This document shows positions 50,268 to 62,152 of a DNA stretch of 64,000 bases, one piece after another. Made by a program: the position numbers and the translations under genes. The DNA is from Mobula birostris (taxonomy: Eukaryota). The notes under the pieces are model-generated. The model was given only the letters and a program-made list of their open reading frames with translations, was not told the origin of the DNA and searched no databases. Numbering within the stretch: position 1 is the stretch's first letter; each line of letters opens with the position of its first letter. Where the stretch lies: assembly GCF_030028105.1 (NCBI RefSeq), contig NC_092374.1, forward strand, positions 8,484,998 through 8,548,997, written 5' to 3'.

Positions 50268-50288
50268 GGGGTGGTGGTTCTGTGTATG

Positions 50289-53271
50289 TGGGAGTCGCAT
50301 TGGCCATCAAGAACACCTCTCTACCAAGTCTCACAGAAACACCTGTTGGCATTACTGAAAGACTAATGACCCTCCGTATCCCCCTGGCAAAGAAACGTCA
50401 TGCCATGCTTCTCAGTGCCTAGCACCAACTTTGCCTTCTGAGAATGAGGCCAAGGAATGCTTTTATCAGACATTGGATGAAGCTCTTTGCCGGATCCCTA
50501 AGAATGATAAGATCCTTTTGCTTGGGAACTTCAACAGGATATGGAGTGGAGTGCTAGGTAGGCATGGTATTGGCAAGGTGAATGCAGATGGCAGGAGACT
50601 GCTTACTCTTTGCTCTGAGCATAACCAGCACCATCTTCCAGCAGAAGGCAGAATATAAGACCTCGTGGATGCACCCTCACTCTAAACATTGGCACATGAT
50701 CGACTTCGTCATTGTGAGACGTAGTGACATCAAGGATGTTCTCATCACCCGTGCCATGAGAGGTGCAGGGTGCTGGACTGACCACCGTATGATTGTGGCC
50801 AAAAGCTCCATATGAAAGTGCGTCCCCCCTTGCGGCTGCAAAAACCCAATAAAAAGCAGCCAAATTGCAATTGCCTGAGAAACACAGAAGCAAGAAGTGA
50901 GTTTCAACACATCCTAGCTGAGAAACTAAGAGAGCTGGAACCTTATCTAAGCTCAGAAAATACCATGGAACAACAGTGGACCTACGTTTGTATATCAGCT
51001 CTGCGCTCTATGAGGCAGCAGCCCAATCCATTGGCCATAACAGCAGGATCCACCAAGACTGGTTTGATGATAACTCAGACACCATCCACAACTTGCTAAA
51101 GGACATGCTCAAAGCACATCAGGCAACTTTAGACAACCCTTCATTCACCAGCATCAGACAGCATTGGCAGGCAGCTCGGAGGAAAGTGCAAAAGGCAATA
51201 CGGGCCATACAAAATGAGTGGTGGACTGAAAAGGCACATGAAATCCAGTCCTTTGCCGATAATAATGACATGCATAATTTTTACAATGCTGTCAAAACCA
51301 TCTATGGCCCGATAAATCGATGAGTTACTCCCCTGAAAACAGCAGATGGTCTAACACTTCTAAAGAATCAGAATACCATTCTGCTGAGGTGGGCTGAGCA
51401 TTTTAACACCCTGCTTAATCAGGACTCTGACGCAAACCCCACCATCCCGGACGACCTGCCTGAACTTCCTCCTATCCACGACCTCAGACTACCACCAACC
51501 TTCCAGGAGGTTCAATCCCTTAAGAACAACAAGTCCCCCGGCACTGACAATATCCCTACTGAGTTACTGAAGAACGGAGGGTACATGTGTATGCGCACCC
51601 TCTACCAGTACATCGCCAAGGCCTGGACTGATGAGAACATCCCACAGCAATGGAGAAATTCAAACACTGTTGTCATTTATAAGAACAAGGGTAACAAGGC
51701 CATCTGCGGCAATAGTAGGGGCATATCACTCCTTTCTGTTGCTGGAAAGTCCTGGCTAAGGTGATGCTTCAGAGACTGATTAGCAAAATCACCGAGTCAA
51801 TGCTGCCTGAATCGCAGTGTGGATTTAGGAAGAACAGGATCACGATCGACATAATCTTCACAGCCAGGCAGCTTCAAGAAAAGTGCCGGGAGCAACATCA
51901 GGACCTGCTTATGGCCTTTGTCGACCTCTCCAAAGCATTCGACACCGTGCAAAGAGAGCTCTTATGGGATGTCCTCCTTAGGTTTGGCTGTCCCAATAAA
52001 TTGTTAACATCCTCCGCCAGTTCCACAATGGGATGATTGCTCGGGTGACAATAGGAGGACAAGAGTCTGAGCCCTTCCTTGTACGCACAGGGGTGAGGCA
52101 GGGGTGTGTACTAGCACCTGTGCTCTTTAACATCTTCCTCTTGTGTGTTACCAAGCTTCTCCACAACGAGACTGAAGACAGCAGCAGGGTGGCAGTGGAC
52201 GTCAGATTAGATGGCAAACTCTTTGACATCAGGAGGCTTCACGCAGCCAGCAAACTCGATAGAGAGCGGGTTCTGGAGCTGCAGTATGCAGACGACTGTG
52301 CTCTGTGGCCCATACTCCGGAGGATCTTCAGACTGTCCTTGCCGTGGCGGTGAGAGTGTACAGCAGGATGGGGCTGACTGTCAATACCACCAAGACAGAA
52401 GTGGTTTGCCAATGGAGTACCAGTGTCCCACCCACTCTACCTGCCTTCACTGTTGGTGATGAAAAGCTATCAGTAGTGCCATCTTTCAAATATCTGGGGA
52501 GCATTCTCTCTGGGGATAGCGGCATTGACAACGACATCCTGAGCCGCATTAAACAGGCATCAGCTGCCTTTGGGAGACTTCGGCGTAGAGTCTTTCAGAA
52601 CAGGAGCCTTCGTCCCTCCGCAAAGGTCGCCGTATACCAAGCGGTCTGTGTCACCACCCTCCTTTATAGCTGTGAAGCTTGGGTAACCTACAGCCGTCAC
52701 ATCAAGTCCTTGGAGCGCTTCCACATAAGCTGCCTCCAGCGCATCCTGGGAATTACCTGGCGTGAGCGGGTGCCTCACACTGAAATACTTGTAAAGACCA
52801 ACTGCAGAAGTATTGAGGCCATGATCACCCAGCGCCAGCTGCAGTGGCTGGGGCAGGTGATAAGGACGCCCCCATGTCGGCTACCCCGCAGAGTGTTATA
52901 CGGCCAGCTACATCATGGTCGGCGCTCAGCTGGAGGGCCGAAGAAGCGCTATAAGGATCAGATGAAGAATGCTTTGAGGAAGTGCAACATCAGACCCAAG
53001 GACCTGGAGGATGTTGCTGCTGACCGTACCACTTGGCGACGGCTGTGTAGGGACGGGGTTCGTATTCTGGAGATGGAAAGAACAACCAGAAGACAGCAGA
53101 AGAGAGCCAGGAGAAATGCAGTCATGGTTGTCACCACCACCACATATACATGTCCCACCTGCAATAGAGCTTGTGGGTCCAGGATAGGACTGTATAGTCA
53201 TCAAAGATCTCACCATTAAAGGAGTGGACGTCGTCATCAGATTTCGATGGACAACTGACCAACCGAAGAAG
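50289..53271 (+). mobile_element. Near full-length RTE-clade LINE (APE + RT + C-terminal zinc finger), frameshifted
   Basis: GVALAIK...TERLMTLRI (APE); LPESQCGFR, AFVDLSKAFDTV, GVRQGCVLAP, LQYADD (RT); CPTCNRACGSRIGLYSHQRSH; short GAAGAAG tail. Confidence 0.92.
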
Positions 53272-53719
53272 GTGTGTGTGTGTGTGTTTGTGTGAGTGTG
53301 AGTGTGTGTGTGTGTGTGTGTGGGGGGGATGTATTATGTATGGGGGTAACATGTGTGTGCGTTGGGCACCAACTGCGACAGGGATCTTCTGGGATGTAGA
53401 TGATTGAGTTACTGACCAACCACATCTTTGCTGACCTTCAACACCAGTGTGAGACCTCAGATCCCACCACCAAGAGTATGGGCTCCGATCCCTGGGGGGA
53501 GATTTTCACCACATGGCTAGATCTCTATAGGCATTGGGCCTCTGTTCTCTCTACCCTTCCTACTGGGATGTCCAGTGTTGTGTCTAAAACTTATTCAGTG
53601 TGATACAAGGCATCGGTTCACATTTCCAAGTTTGTCTAAGAAACCTCCCTCTTTTCTCCTCACTCTTTGCTTGGAGCCATTCGTGAATCAATACTGTCTG
53701 GTGTCTGTCCTCCTCTCAG

Positions 53720-54094
53720 CTTCCGATGGGAAAGACCTGGAGGTGACTGGAACCGAGGGAGCTTCGGCCACGTTACCCTGTGAGTTCACACGGCCTCCAC
53801 AGAGCCTTATCTCACTCACGGTGACGTGGATGAGGAAGACTCCTTACCGACACATCGTCACCTTCAGGCGCCAAGCAAGTGGATCGTGGGCAGCGGAAAA
53901 CGGGGTGACTCGGTACGAGCTCGTCGGGGATCCAGAGCTGGGGAATGCCTCGACCAGGATAAAGCAGCTGAGTGTGGAGGACAGTCACAGCTACCTGTGT
54001 CTGGCTGAGTTGAAGATCAGGACTGACAATGAATTTACTTCGTCCTTGATCATCCATCTGTCCCTGTATGAGGCCCACCTGCGGATGAGAGCTG
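53720..54094 (+). CDS. Ig-superfamily receptor exon 3: V-set Ig domain 2
   Basis: Acceptor gtcctcctctcag|, donor G|GTGAGA, both phase 1. ATLPC, VTWM, RYELVGDPELGNAS, VEDSHSYLC; N-glycosylation sequon NAS. Confidence 0.9.
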
Positions 54095-54229
54095 GTGAGA
54101 AATCGCACCCTGGGGTGTACACGGAGGGTGAGGGAGGAAGGGGAGCAAGCAACGCTGCACCGTACAGCCCAGTACAGGCCCTTCGGCCAACGATGTTGTG
54201 TCAACCTCATAACCTACCCAAAGATCAGT

Positions 54230-54830
54230 CTAACTCTTCTGTCCCACATTGCCTCCATTTTTCTGCCATGCATTCACTTGCCTATCCAGGAGTATCTTAA
54301 ATGTCCCTAACGTATCTGCCTGTACCACCACCCCTGCTGGGTGTGTTCCTAGCATCCACCGCTCTGTGTGTAAAGACCTACCTCTGACATTCCCCCCCAC
54401 TCCATACTTCCCTCCAGTCACTTTAAAACTGTGCTTTGACTTATTAGTCATTTCAGCCCTTATCATCTTATCATCTTGTATGCCTCTTATCATCTTGTAC
54501 GCCTCTGTCAAGTCAGCCCTCAACTCCTTTGCTCCAAAGACAAAAGCCCAAGCTCGCTCAATCTATCCTCATGAGACATGCTCACTAATCCAGGCAGCAT
54601 CCTGGTAAATCTCCTCTGTACCCTCTCTGGATCTTCCACATCCTTCCTGTAATGAAGTGATCGGAAGTGAACACGGTACTCTAAGTGTGGTCTAAATAGG
54701 ATTTTGTAGAGTTGCAACTCTTGTGGTTCTTGAATTCAATCCCTCGACTAATGAATTCAAACACACCATTCGCTTTCCGAACCACCCTATCAAGTAGAAC
54801 AGCAATTTTGATTTATCTGTGGATGTGAAC
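54230..54830 (-). mobile_element. CR1 LINE 3' fragment
   Basis: LYKILFRPHLEYRVHF...RRFTRMLPGL. Confidence 0.85.
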
Positions 54831-55064
54831 CCCAATCACTAGAGATCTGTGTGTTCAGTGCTGACCACCAGCACCAGCTGTGTGGAGTTTGTACTATCTC
54901 CCTGTGAATGCCTGTATTTCTCTGACACTCTGGTGCTTCCTTTCACACCCCAGAGGCGTGCAAGTCAGCGGGTTAATCGGGTTATGTAAAATGCCCCTAG
55001 TTGGGGTGATTGATAGAATCTACGTTGGTGTGGGAAGAACATGAAAATGGGTTTAACAAATCAG

Positions 55065-55745
55065 AGGTACAAAGGGATTTGGGAGTCCTCATGCAGGACT
55101 TCCTATAGGTTAACTTGCAGGTTGAGTCAGTGAGGAAGGCAAATGCAATGTTAGCATTCATTTTGACGGGAGTCGAATATAAAAGCAAGGATGTGATGAT
55201 GTGGCTTTATAAGGCATTAGGAGTATTGTGCGCAGTTTTGAGCCCCTTATCTAAGAAAAGATATGCCGGCATTGGAGAGGGTCCAGGGGAGGTTCATGGG
55301 ACTGATTCCAGAAATGAAGGGGTTAACTGGCCATTGGCCCGTACCCTCTGGAGTTTAGAATAATGGTGGGGGGGGGGGGGCGGCGGAACCTTATTCAAAG
55401 CTATTGAATATTGAAAAGCCTAGATAGGTTCGATGTGGAGAGGATGTTTCCTATCGTAGGAGAGTCTAGGACCAGAGGGCACAGCCTCACAATAGAGGGA
55501 TGTCCCTTTAGAACAGAGATGAGAAGGAGTTTCTCTAGGCAGAGGGTGGTGAATCTGTGGAACTCATTGCCACAGACAGCTGTGGAGGCCAAGTCATTGC
55601 AGAAATTTAAAGTGGAGATTAATAAGATCTTGATTAGTCACGTTGGCAAGGGTTATGGGAAGAAGACAGGAGTATGGAGTTGAGAGGGTTAATAGATCAG
55701 CCATGATGGAATGTCAGATTGGCCTTATTCTGCTCTGTGTCTTAT
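55065..55745 (+). mobile_element. CR1 LINE 3' fragment
   Basis: ESRTRGHSL...QRVVNLWNSLPQTAVEA. Confidence 0.85.
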
Positions 55746-55995
55746 GATCTAAATTCTCATCATTATTAAGGTTTCTTGCTGCCTCAGTCTTAGGGGAAAT
55801 CCTGTGACCAACCTACTCGGTTCTCTCCACTTTGTTTGTCCTTTGCCGATCCCACCTCCCTTCTGACAATTGCCACTTGCTTCTGAGTTACACACTCTTC
55901 AGTCTGCCCACAGAGTTTACTTAAATGTCCCTGCATTTTTGGGCTCTCTCCCACTTTGTTGGAATCTAGTTTGACCTCTCTCACTTTCTCTTCAG

Positions 55996-56095
55996 TCAAG
56001 CAGATGTCCCCCGTTATGCTGTTGTGTATCCCACTCGGAATGAAAATTTTCACCTTGTTAGTGATGGGCATCATTTTATACAAGATCAAACCCAG
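55996..56095 (+). CDS. Ig-superfamily receptor exon 4: transmembrane exon with an intramembrane Lys (VKQMSPVMLLCIPLGMKIFTLLVMGIILYKIKP); not in the ORF track
   Basis: Strong acceptor ctctctcactttctcttcag|, phase-1 compatible with exon 3; donor AG|GTATGT (phase 2). About 23-aa hydrophobic stretch with a central Lys (AAA 56043-56045) and a basic stop-transfer segment KIK. Confidence 0.85.
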
Positions 56096-56145
56096 GTATG
56101 TAAAGGTGCTGGGAGATTTGCCTTTAAATGCCTGAGTTGTGACTT

Positions 56146-56663
56146 ACACACTCGGTAGCCTCTTTATCAGGGACACCTGTTCATTCATAATCTAATCAGC
56201 CAATAATATGGCAGCAATGCAATGCATAAAAGCATGCAGACATGGTCAAGAAGTTCAGATATTGTTAAGGCCAAACATCAGAATGGGGAAGAAATTTGAT
56301 CTAAGTGACTTTGACTGTGCAATGACTGCTGTTGCAAGACACGCTGGTTTGAGTATCTCAGAAACTGCTGATCTTCTGGGATTTTCACACACCACAGGTA
56401 GTAGAATTTACGGAGAATAGTGCAACAATCAAAAAGCATCCAGTGAGCAGCAGTTCTGTGGGTGAAAACACCTTGTTATTGAGAGATGTCAGAGGAGAAT
56501 GGCCCGATTGGCTCAAGGTGAGATTAACTTAAATAACCACATGTTACACCAGTAGTGTGCAGAAGAGCATCTCTGAACACACAACATGTTGATCCTTGAA
56601 GTGGATGGGCAACAGCAGCAGAAGACCACACATTTATCCTCAGTGGCCACTTTATTAGGTACA
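56146..56663 (+). mobile_element. Decayed Tc1-like DNA transposon remnant
   Basis: MGKKFDLSDFD...ARHAGLSISETADLLGFSHTT resembles the Tc1 transposase N-terminal HTH; terminal motif cagtggccactttattaggtaca. Confidence 0.8.
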
Positions 56664-57904
56664 GGAGGTACAGCCCAGAATTTATTTGTCACATGTACAC
56701 TGAAACATACAGTGAAGTGCATCACTTGCACCAAATCCAATCAGTGAGGATGGTGCAGGGGGCAGCCCACAGTCCCATGCTTCCAGCGCCAACATAGTGC
56801 GCCCACAACTACCAACCCTCAACACATGTTTTTGCAATGAAGGGAGGATTGGGAAGAAAACTGAGCACCTGGAGGAAACCCATGTGGTCACAGGGGGAAC
56901 ATACAGACAGCGGGGATAATTGAACCCCGCTCACTGCTGTAAAGTGATTGCACGAACCACTACACCACCATGTCACCCCAATACTCCAGTTGCATATAAT
57001 ACTCGGCAACCCAATCAAAGTTCTACATGGCTGCAATATGACTTTTTGAATCTTATACTCAATGTCCGGACCAACGAACGTAGGCATTGAGGAGGAATAT
57101 CTTTAGCCAGAGAGTGATGAATCTGTGAAGTTCTTTGCCAGACGGCCGTGGAGGCCAAGTCATTGGGTATATTTAAAGTGGAAGTTGATAGGTTCTTGAT
57201 TAGTCAGGGTGCCAAAGGTTACAAGGAGAAGGCAGGAAAATTGGACTAAGAAGGGTAATAAATCAGCCATAATGGAGCAGACTCAATGGGCCGAATGGCC
57301 TCATTCCATCCCTAAGCCTTATAGACTTCTTTACTATCCCATCTACTTGCATAGATTCTCCTGCCATAACCAGCATTTTCAATTACCCGAATGCCACAGG
57401 CCCACTGCCAAAGTCTGCATGGTCTCTCTTTATAATCCATTCCCAGGTTATCACTTTGTTAGGCCTACCACTTGCCTGCCCCTCCAGCACCCAATCCGTG
57501 TCTCTTCACCTTCTATTGCTATCCTTGTTGCTTTGCAAGCTTTGTGTCATTTGCAAATTTAGAAGTGTCTACGTGTCTAGGAGCCCAAAATAAAATTGGA
57601 CCCAGCTCGGTGCCTCAGGGACATCACTGTTCATTATCCTCCAGCCTGAGGAACACACAGATTCTCCCTCCCATCCATAAATTCTCAGTGTACCCCTCAC
57701 TCCAACCTCTTACCTTCTGTCATTGATCTATCCATTGCTAATTAGCAATATGGTGTTAACTGTCTTGGCTCATCCAGTCCCTTCTCACAGTCTACTTTTC
57801 CCCGCTCTAAACTTGCAGTTATTAGTAACTGGAATAAGCAATTGCATAAGTTGGTGAGGCCTAATTTGGAGTACTGTGTGCAGCTTAGCTACCTACCTAC
57901 AGGA

Positions 57905-58073
57905 AAGACTCGACTATGGATAAAGCAGTGGCTGATTGGCAGGAGGCAAAGAGTGGGAATAAACGGAGCCTTTTCTAGTTGGCTGCCGGTGACTAGTGGT
58001 GTACGACAGGGATCTGTGTTGGGACCGATTCTTTTTACATTATATATCAATGACGGAATTGATGGCTTTGTTG
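57905..58073 (+). mobile_element. CR1 RT fragment, left half of the element interrupted by the Gypsy insertion
   Basis: WIKQWLIGRRQRVGING...GVRQGSVLGP...YINDGIDGFV; continues at 62996. Confidence 0.88.
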
Positions 58074-58922
58074 TGTTACGTACCCGTAACTGGGTTGCCA
58101 AACCAGCAGAAATAGACCACTTAGTTGGAGTCTGGATTACTGGAACTAAGAAAGTTTTATTAAAGAAATAAGTAACACAGTACTCTAAATGTAAGGATAT
58201 AAATGCAACGGGTTAGCAATGATAAAACACACATGTACACAGAACTAGGATAATAGGATCAATCAAGCTCTATCCCAGTCTAGGGGTAAAATGATCAGTC
58301 TCAAGTGACACAGAGTTCAGTTCAGTTCAGTTCGCAGTAATTGCTGTTGTGCCGTTGGGGGGAGAAAGAGAGAGCGAATGATGATATTCAAATCGGATTC
58401 AACAGACCTTTGATATTCCTCGCAGTTAGCTTTCGGGCGAGCCCTTTGTAATGTCTTCTGAGGTCACCGACTGTGACCCCTCCGTTCCGGATACAATCGT
58501 TCTTCTGCAGTGAACCCGGCCCCCAGGCAAGGGTGGACACACACACACACCAGGTTCTCGCCGACCGTACCGTCTCCCCCTGTGCATCTATGGTTGGTCC
58601 AGCGATCAGACCTCCAAAACTCCCACCAGCTTGTGGGGGCACACCACTTTTCCAGGGTCTCATTATCTCGTGGTGTCGTGGTGTGTGTTCCTTGCCTTAG
58701 CGAACCTGTTCCTTTTATTCCCCTGCTGGGGTATCGCCTGTCCATCAAACTTCAAACAGTTCAGGTTCAAAGCAACCAGTGTAAACAATACTCAGAACTG
58801 TGTCTCTTTTCGTTAATCTCTCTCGTCTCTCTCTGATTAGCATTTTGAATGTTTCCCCCATTTGTCTCTCTCTTATCTCTCTTATCGGCATCAATCTTCT
58901 GATAACTTGGTATTTTGTCACA
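58074..58922 (-). repeat. 3' LTR of the Gypsy element (849 bp)
   Basis: Direct repeat of 62153-62995. Confidence 0.95.
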
Positions 58923-59094
58923 TACCCCTATCCTTCAAGGATTTTTACCGAGGTAAAAATTATAGGCATGAATACACTATTAGATACACACAAATATACA
59001 TGTTCATCAGCTATTTGGCTAATACAGAGAACTTTAAGTTGCCAACACCTTGACAGACAGTCAGCAATCACATTTTCCATTCCTTTTATATGTG

Positions 59095-59610
59095 TTATTT
59101 TAATAATCCTCTAAGACCAGGCTCCAATTTAGCAAACTTCATAGTGGCCAAAAACACCAATAAGTTGTGATCCTTGTAACTTCTCAGTGGTTTTCGTCCC
59201 GGACCAAGATAACAAGGGTCGTCCCATACCAATTTAGCATTCTTTGGCAAGAGCTTAGTAAGAGGGTGGGTAATATCCGCAAAGTTCTTGCAAAACTTCC
59301 TATAGTACCCCACCATCTCCAAGAACCTTCTCAGGGCTCTCTTGTCTGTCGGGGTTAGGACGTCAGAGATAGTCCGCACCTTAACTTGCATCGGGGCCAG
59401 CTGCCCCTGTCTTACCACAAATCCCAGATAAGTGATTTTCGCGTGGCCGAATTCACTTTTTGCGAGGTTCACTGTCAGGTTGGCTTCGGACAGCCGTTTA
59501 AACAACTCCTCTACTGCCACAATGTGCTCCTCCCACGTGTCACTCCAGACCACTACATTCCCAATATACACTTCTGTGTTCTTTAGCCTTTTTGTCACTG
59601 AATTAATCAT
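59095..59610 (-). pseudogene. Gypsy RT C-half fused to the RNase H end; catalytic motif decayed (YIGN for YIDD)
   Basis: EVYIGNVVVWSDTWEEH...LTVNLAKSEF...LRRFLEMVGYYRKF...; ends with YKDHNLLVFL. Confidence 0.85.
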
Positions 59611-59944
59611 TCTATAGGGGTGTTGCTCACTAGGCTGACCTGATGTGACAGCAACACCATGTTCCAGCTCTTTGCATCACCTCGGGACATTCGGACATAT
59701 GTGTGCGTGCCGTTTAATTAGTTCTCGTAATGGGTCGCTTTGTTCAGGGATTAAGTGAGAGAACTCATCAGCAAAGTTGGTCAACACAATAGAGTTCTCC
59801 CATCTGGTCAGCACCACATTTATCTTTTCAAAATGGGTCCTCCCTTTATCAGGTGGCACCCTAGCCTCATTAATTTTCATGATATCACCAGCTAGATCTG
59901 TTTTCTGATCATGGTGAGCTTTTAACATGTTAATAGCCTCTAAC

Positions 59945-61133
59945 TGTGTTAACTCACGTCTACAATAGTCAATATCATCCTTACTCCTGTGCAGCTAGTA
60001 AAACTCTTTCATGATTCCGCTGACTGTTTTCCTCCCCGCAAAATGTCCACTGAGGGGTATCTTGTGGGCCAGGTTAAGAATCTCATCCCCATAAATTTTT
60101 GGCACCACCCCGCATTCCTCATCTGCGGGCATGGTACTTGGTCTCCATTTCTTCCTTAGTACTCCCTCCTCCACACAATAGCCTACTGGCTCCCTTTTTA
60201 ATTCTGCTTCAGAGAGAGCTGTGTCCGCTGAAACCATCAGCTCCTCGTCTCGCTCCTGTGCCTGTACAAATTCCTTCCTGGCTAATGCTAAGTCTGCCTC
60301 AGCTCCCTCACTTCCTCCTGTTCCACCACACTCCTTCTTTTCACTTTCTACCTCCCCCTGGTACAAGGCTGGTAGAAACATCTCAGCCAATTCTATAGTT
60401 ACTTCGGCAGCCTTTCTGGGCATGCAGTGAGTCACTGCACAAACAGGATAAACCTGTGAGTCCATAGGCGGGGCCTCAATGCTGGCAAGCTGGCCTGTCA
60501 GTTTTACTGCTGAGAACACATTTCCACCGGCGAGGTCATTACCGAGTAAGACCTCCACGGTAGTTCGGGCCTCACCCCGATCGTGACCGGTCCAGAGACC
60601 AAGTCACTTTTTAGGTGTATCTGGTGCAAAGGTGCTGCCTCAGTCCCTTTCCCAATGCCCTTTATCACCCTGACCTCCCCATTCTGGGTCTCTGAACTAA
60701 AGTCTAACACACTCTTTAATATCGATGACTGACAAGCTCCAGTGTCTCTCCAGATCCGTACTGGAACTGGGTTTAACCCCTCCTTCACCGACACCAATCC
60801 GGCCGAGATAAACCTCTTGCACCCTTCCTGAACTTTATCAGACCTCTTCTCTCCTAGCGGTTTGCTTACCAGCTCAATACAGCCAGTCGGAACCGCCGTT
60901 TTCCCTTTTCCTGTCTCCTTCTTTGGGGCAAAGCACCTGGATGCAAAGTGTCCGACTTTCCCACAATTATAGCATACGACTCCAGGAGACTTCCTACCAG
61001 ACTGCTTCCGGTCTACCTTATCCTTCTCACTAGTCCCCGGCTTACTTCCTGACTTTTCTGGCGGACTCTCCCCGCCCTCTTGACTACCCTTCTGGTAGCT
61101 TTTACTCGGGGCAAACTTCATTTTATGCGTCAA
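59945..61133 (-). pseudogene. Gypsy zinc knuckle, aspartic protease and integrase N-terminus
   Basis: CYNCGKVGHFASRC; RDTGACQS; LLGNDL; LAHKIPLSGHF (IN zinc-binding His pair). Confidence 0.85.
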
Positions 61134-61178
61134 CGCGTACTCATCCGCTAACTTAGCAGTTGCGGCTAAAGTGTCTGC

Positions 61179-62054
61179 CTATTTCTCATCTAGGTAGGGT
61201 CTCATACCTTCAGGGATACAACCTTTAAACTGCTCAATCAGGATTAGCTGTAGCAGTCTGTCATAATCCCCATCCACCCCCTTCGAGGCGCACCAACACT
61301 CACAATATGTCTGCATCTCACGGGCAAACTCTAAATACGTGTGGTCCCACTGCTTCCTCGCATTCCAGAACCTCTGCCAGTATGCCTCTGGGACCAACTC
61401 GTAAATCCTGAGTATGGCCTCTTTCACCACCTCATACCTCTGGGCATCTTCTGCGGACAAAGCCGAGTAAGCTTGTTGGGCTTTTCCTTTAAGTACACTC
61501 TGAAGCAAAACAGCCCACTTATCCCTCGGCCAGTCCTGACTTGCAGCAACTTTTTCAAAATGGAGAAAGTACTGATCAACATCGGTCTCGTCAAATGGGG
61601 GAACCAGCCTAACATCCTGGGTCACCCTGAACCCTCCACCTTGGTTCGGCATGGGCCCCTGCGCTGCCGTCATCCTTAACCTCTCCAGCTCAAATTCCCT
61701 TTCCCTCTGTTTCCCTTCTCACTCCAACTGCCTCTCTTCTCGTTGTCATTCTAACTGTTTCTCTTCGTGTTCTAGCTGTCTTACCCAGAACTCGTGCTTG
61801 AGTCTCAGTTTTTCAGGCTGCAGCTGTACTGCGTCTCCATCAGGTTTTTCAATAGATATCACCTCCAGCTCCCCTTGGGGAAACACACCTTTAGATACAT
61901 AATGCTCTATGATAGCTCTGTGCATCTCTTCTCTCCTCATGGTCGACTTCCCCTTAAAAAGATTCAACTGTTTAGCCACAGCTGCCAATTCTACTTTCCT
62001 GGCATCCTCTAATGCCTCCAAGGTCGGCGCCTTTAGAAATTCCTCAATCTCCAT
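61179..62054 (-). pseudogene. Gypsy Gag with a SCAN-like capsid domain; in-frame stops
   Basis: LVPPFDETDVDQYFLHFEKVA...LKGKAQQAY...YELVPEAYWQRF...LLQLILIEQFKGCIP. Confidence 0.88.
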
Positions 62055-62130
62055 TTCTGCTGTTTGCCTTTTCTTTCTTTCGGGAATTTTAACCCAATCA
62101 ATTTACCCTGTCCCAAATTTAGCATTTAAA

Positions 62131-62148
62131 ATCCCGGACGAGCCCCCA
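62131..62148 (-). promoter_or_regulatory. Primer-binding site complementary to the tRNA-Pro 3' end
   Basis: Minus strand TGGGGGCTCGTCCGGGAT, 4 nt after the 5' LTR; identical to the classical MLV Pro PBS. Confidence 0.93.
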
Positions 62149-62152
62149 CTTA

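Noticed and set aside
50028-50422. His-Thr and Cys-Val repeat ORFs
   Set aside because: Translations of the (TG)n microsatellite.
57447-57610. Candidate terminal exon of the receptor (cccag|G TTA TCA CTT TGT TAG, giving tail RLSLC*, with AATAAA at 57589)
   Set aside because: Frame-compatible but too short to validate, and part of the region looks like an old reverse CR1 remnant; needs RNA-seq.
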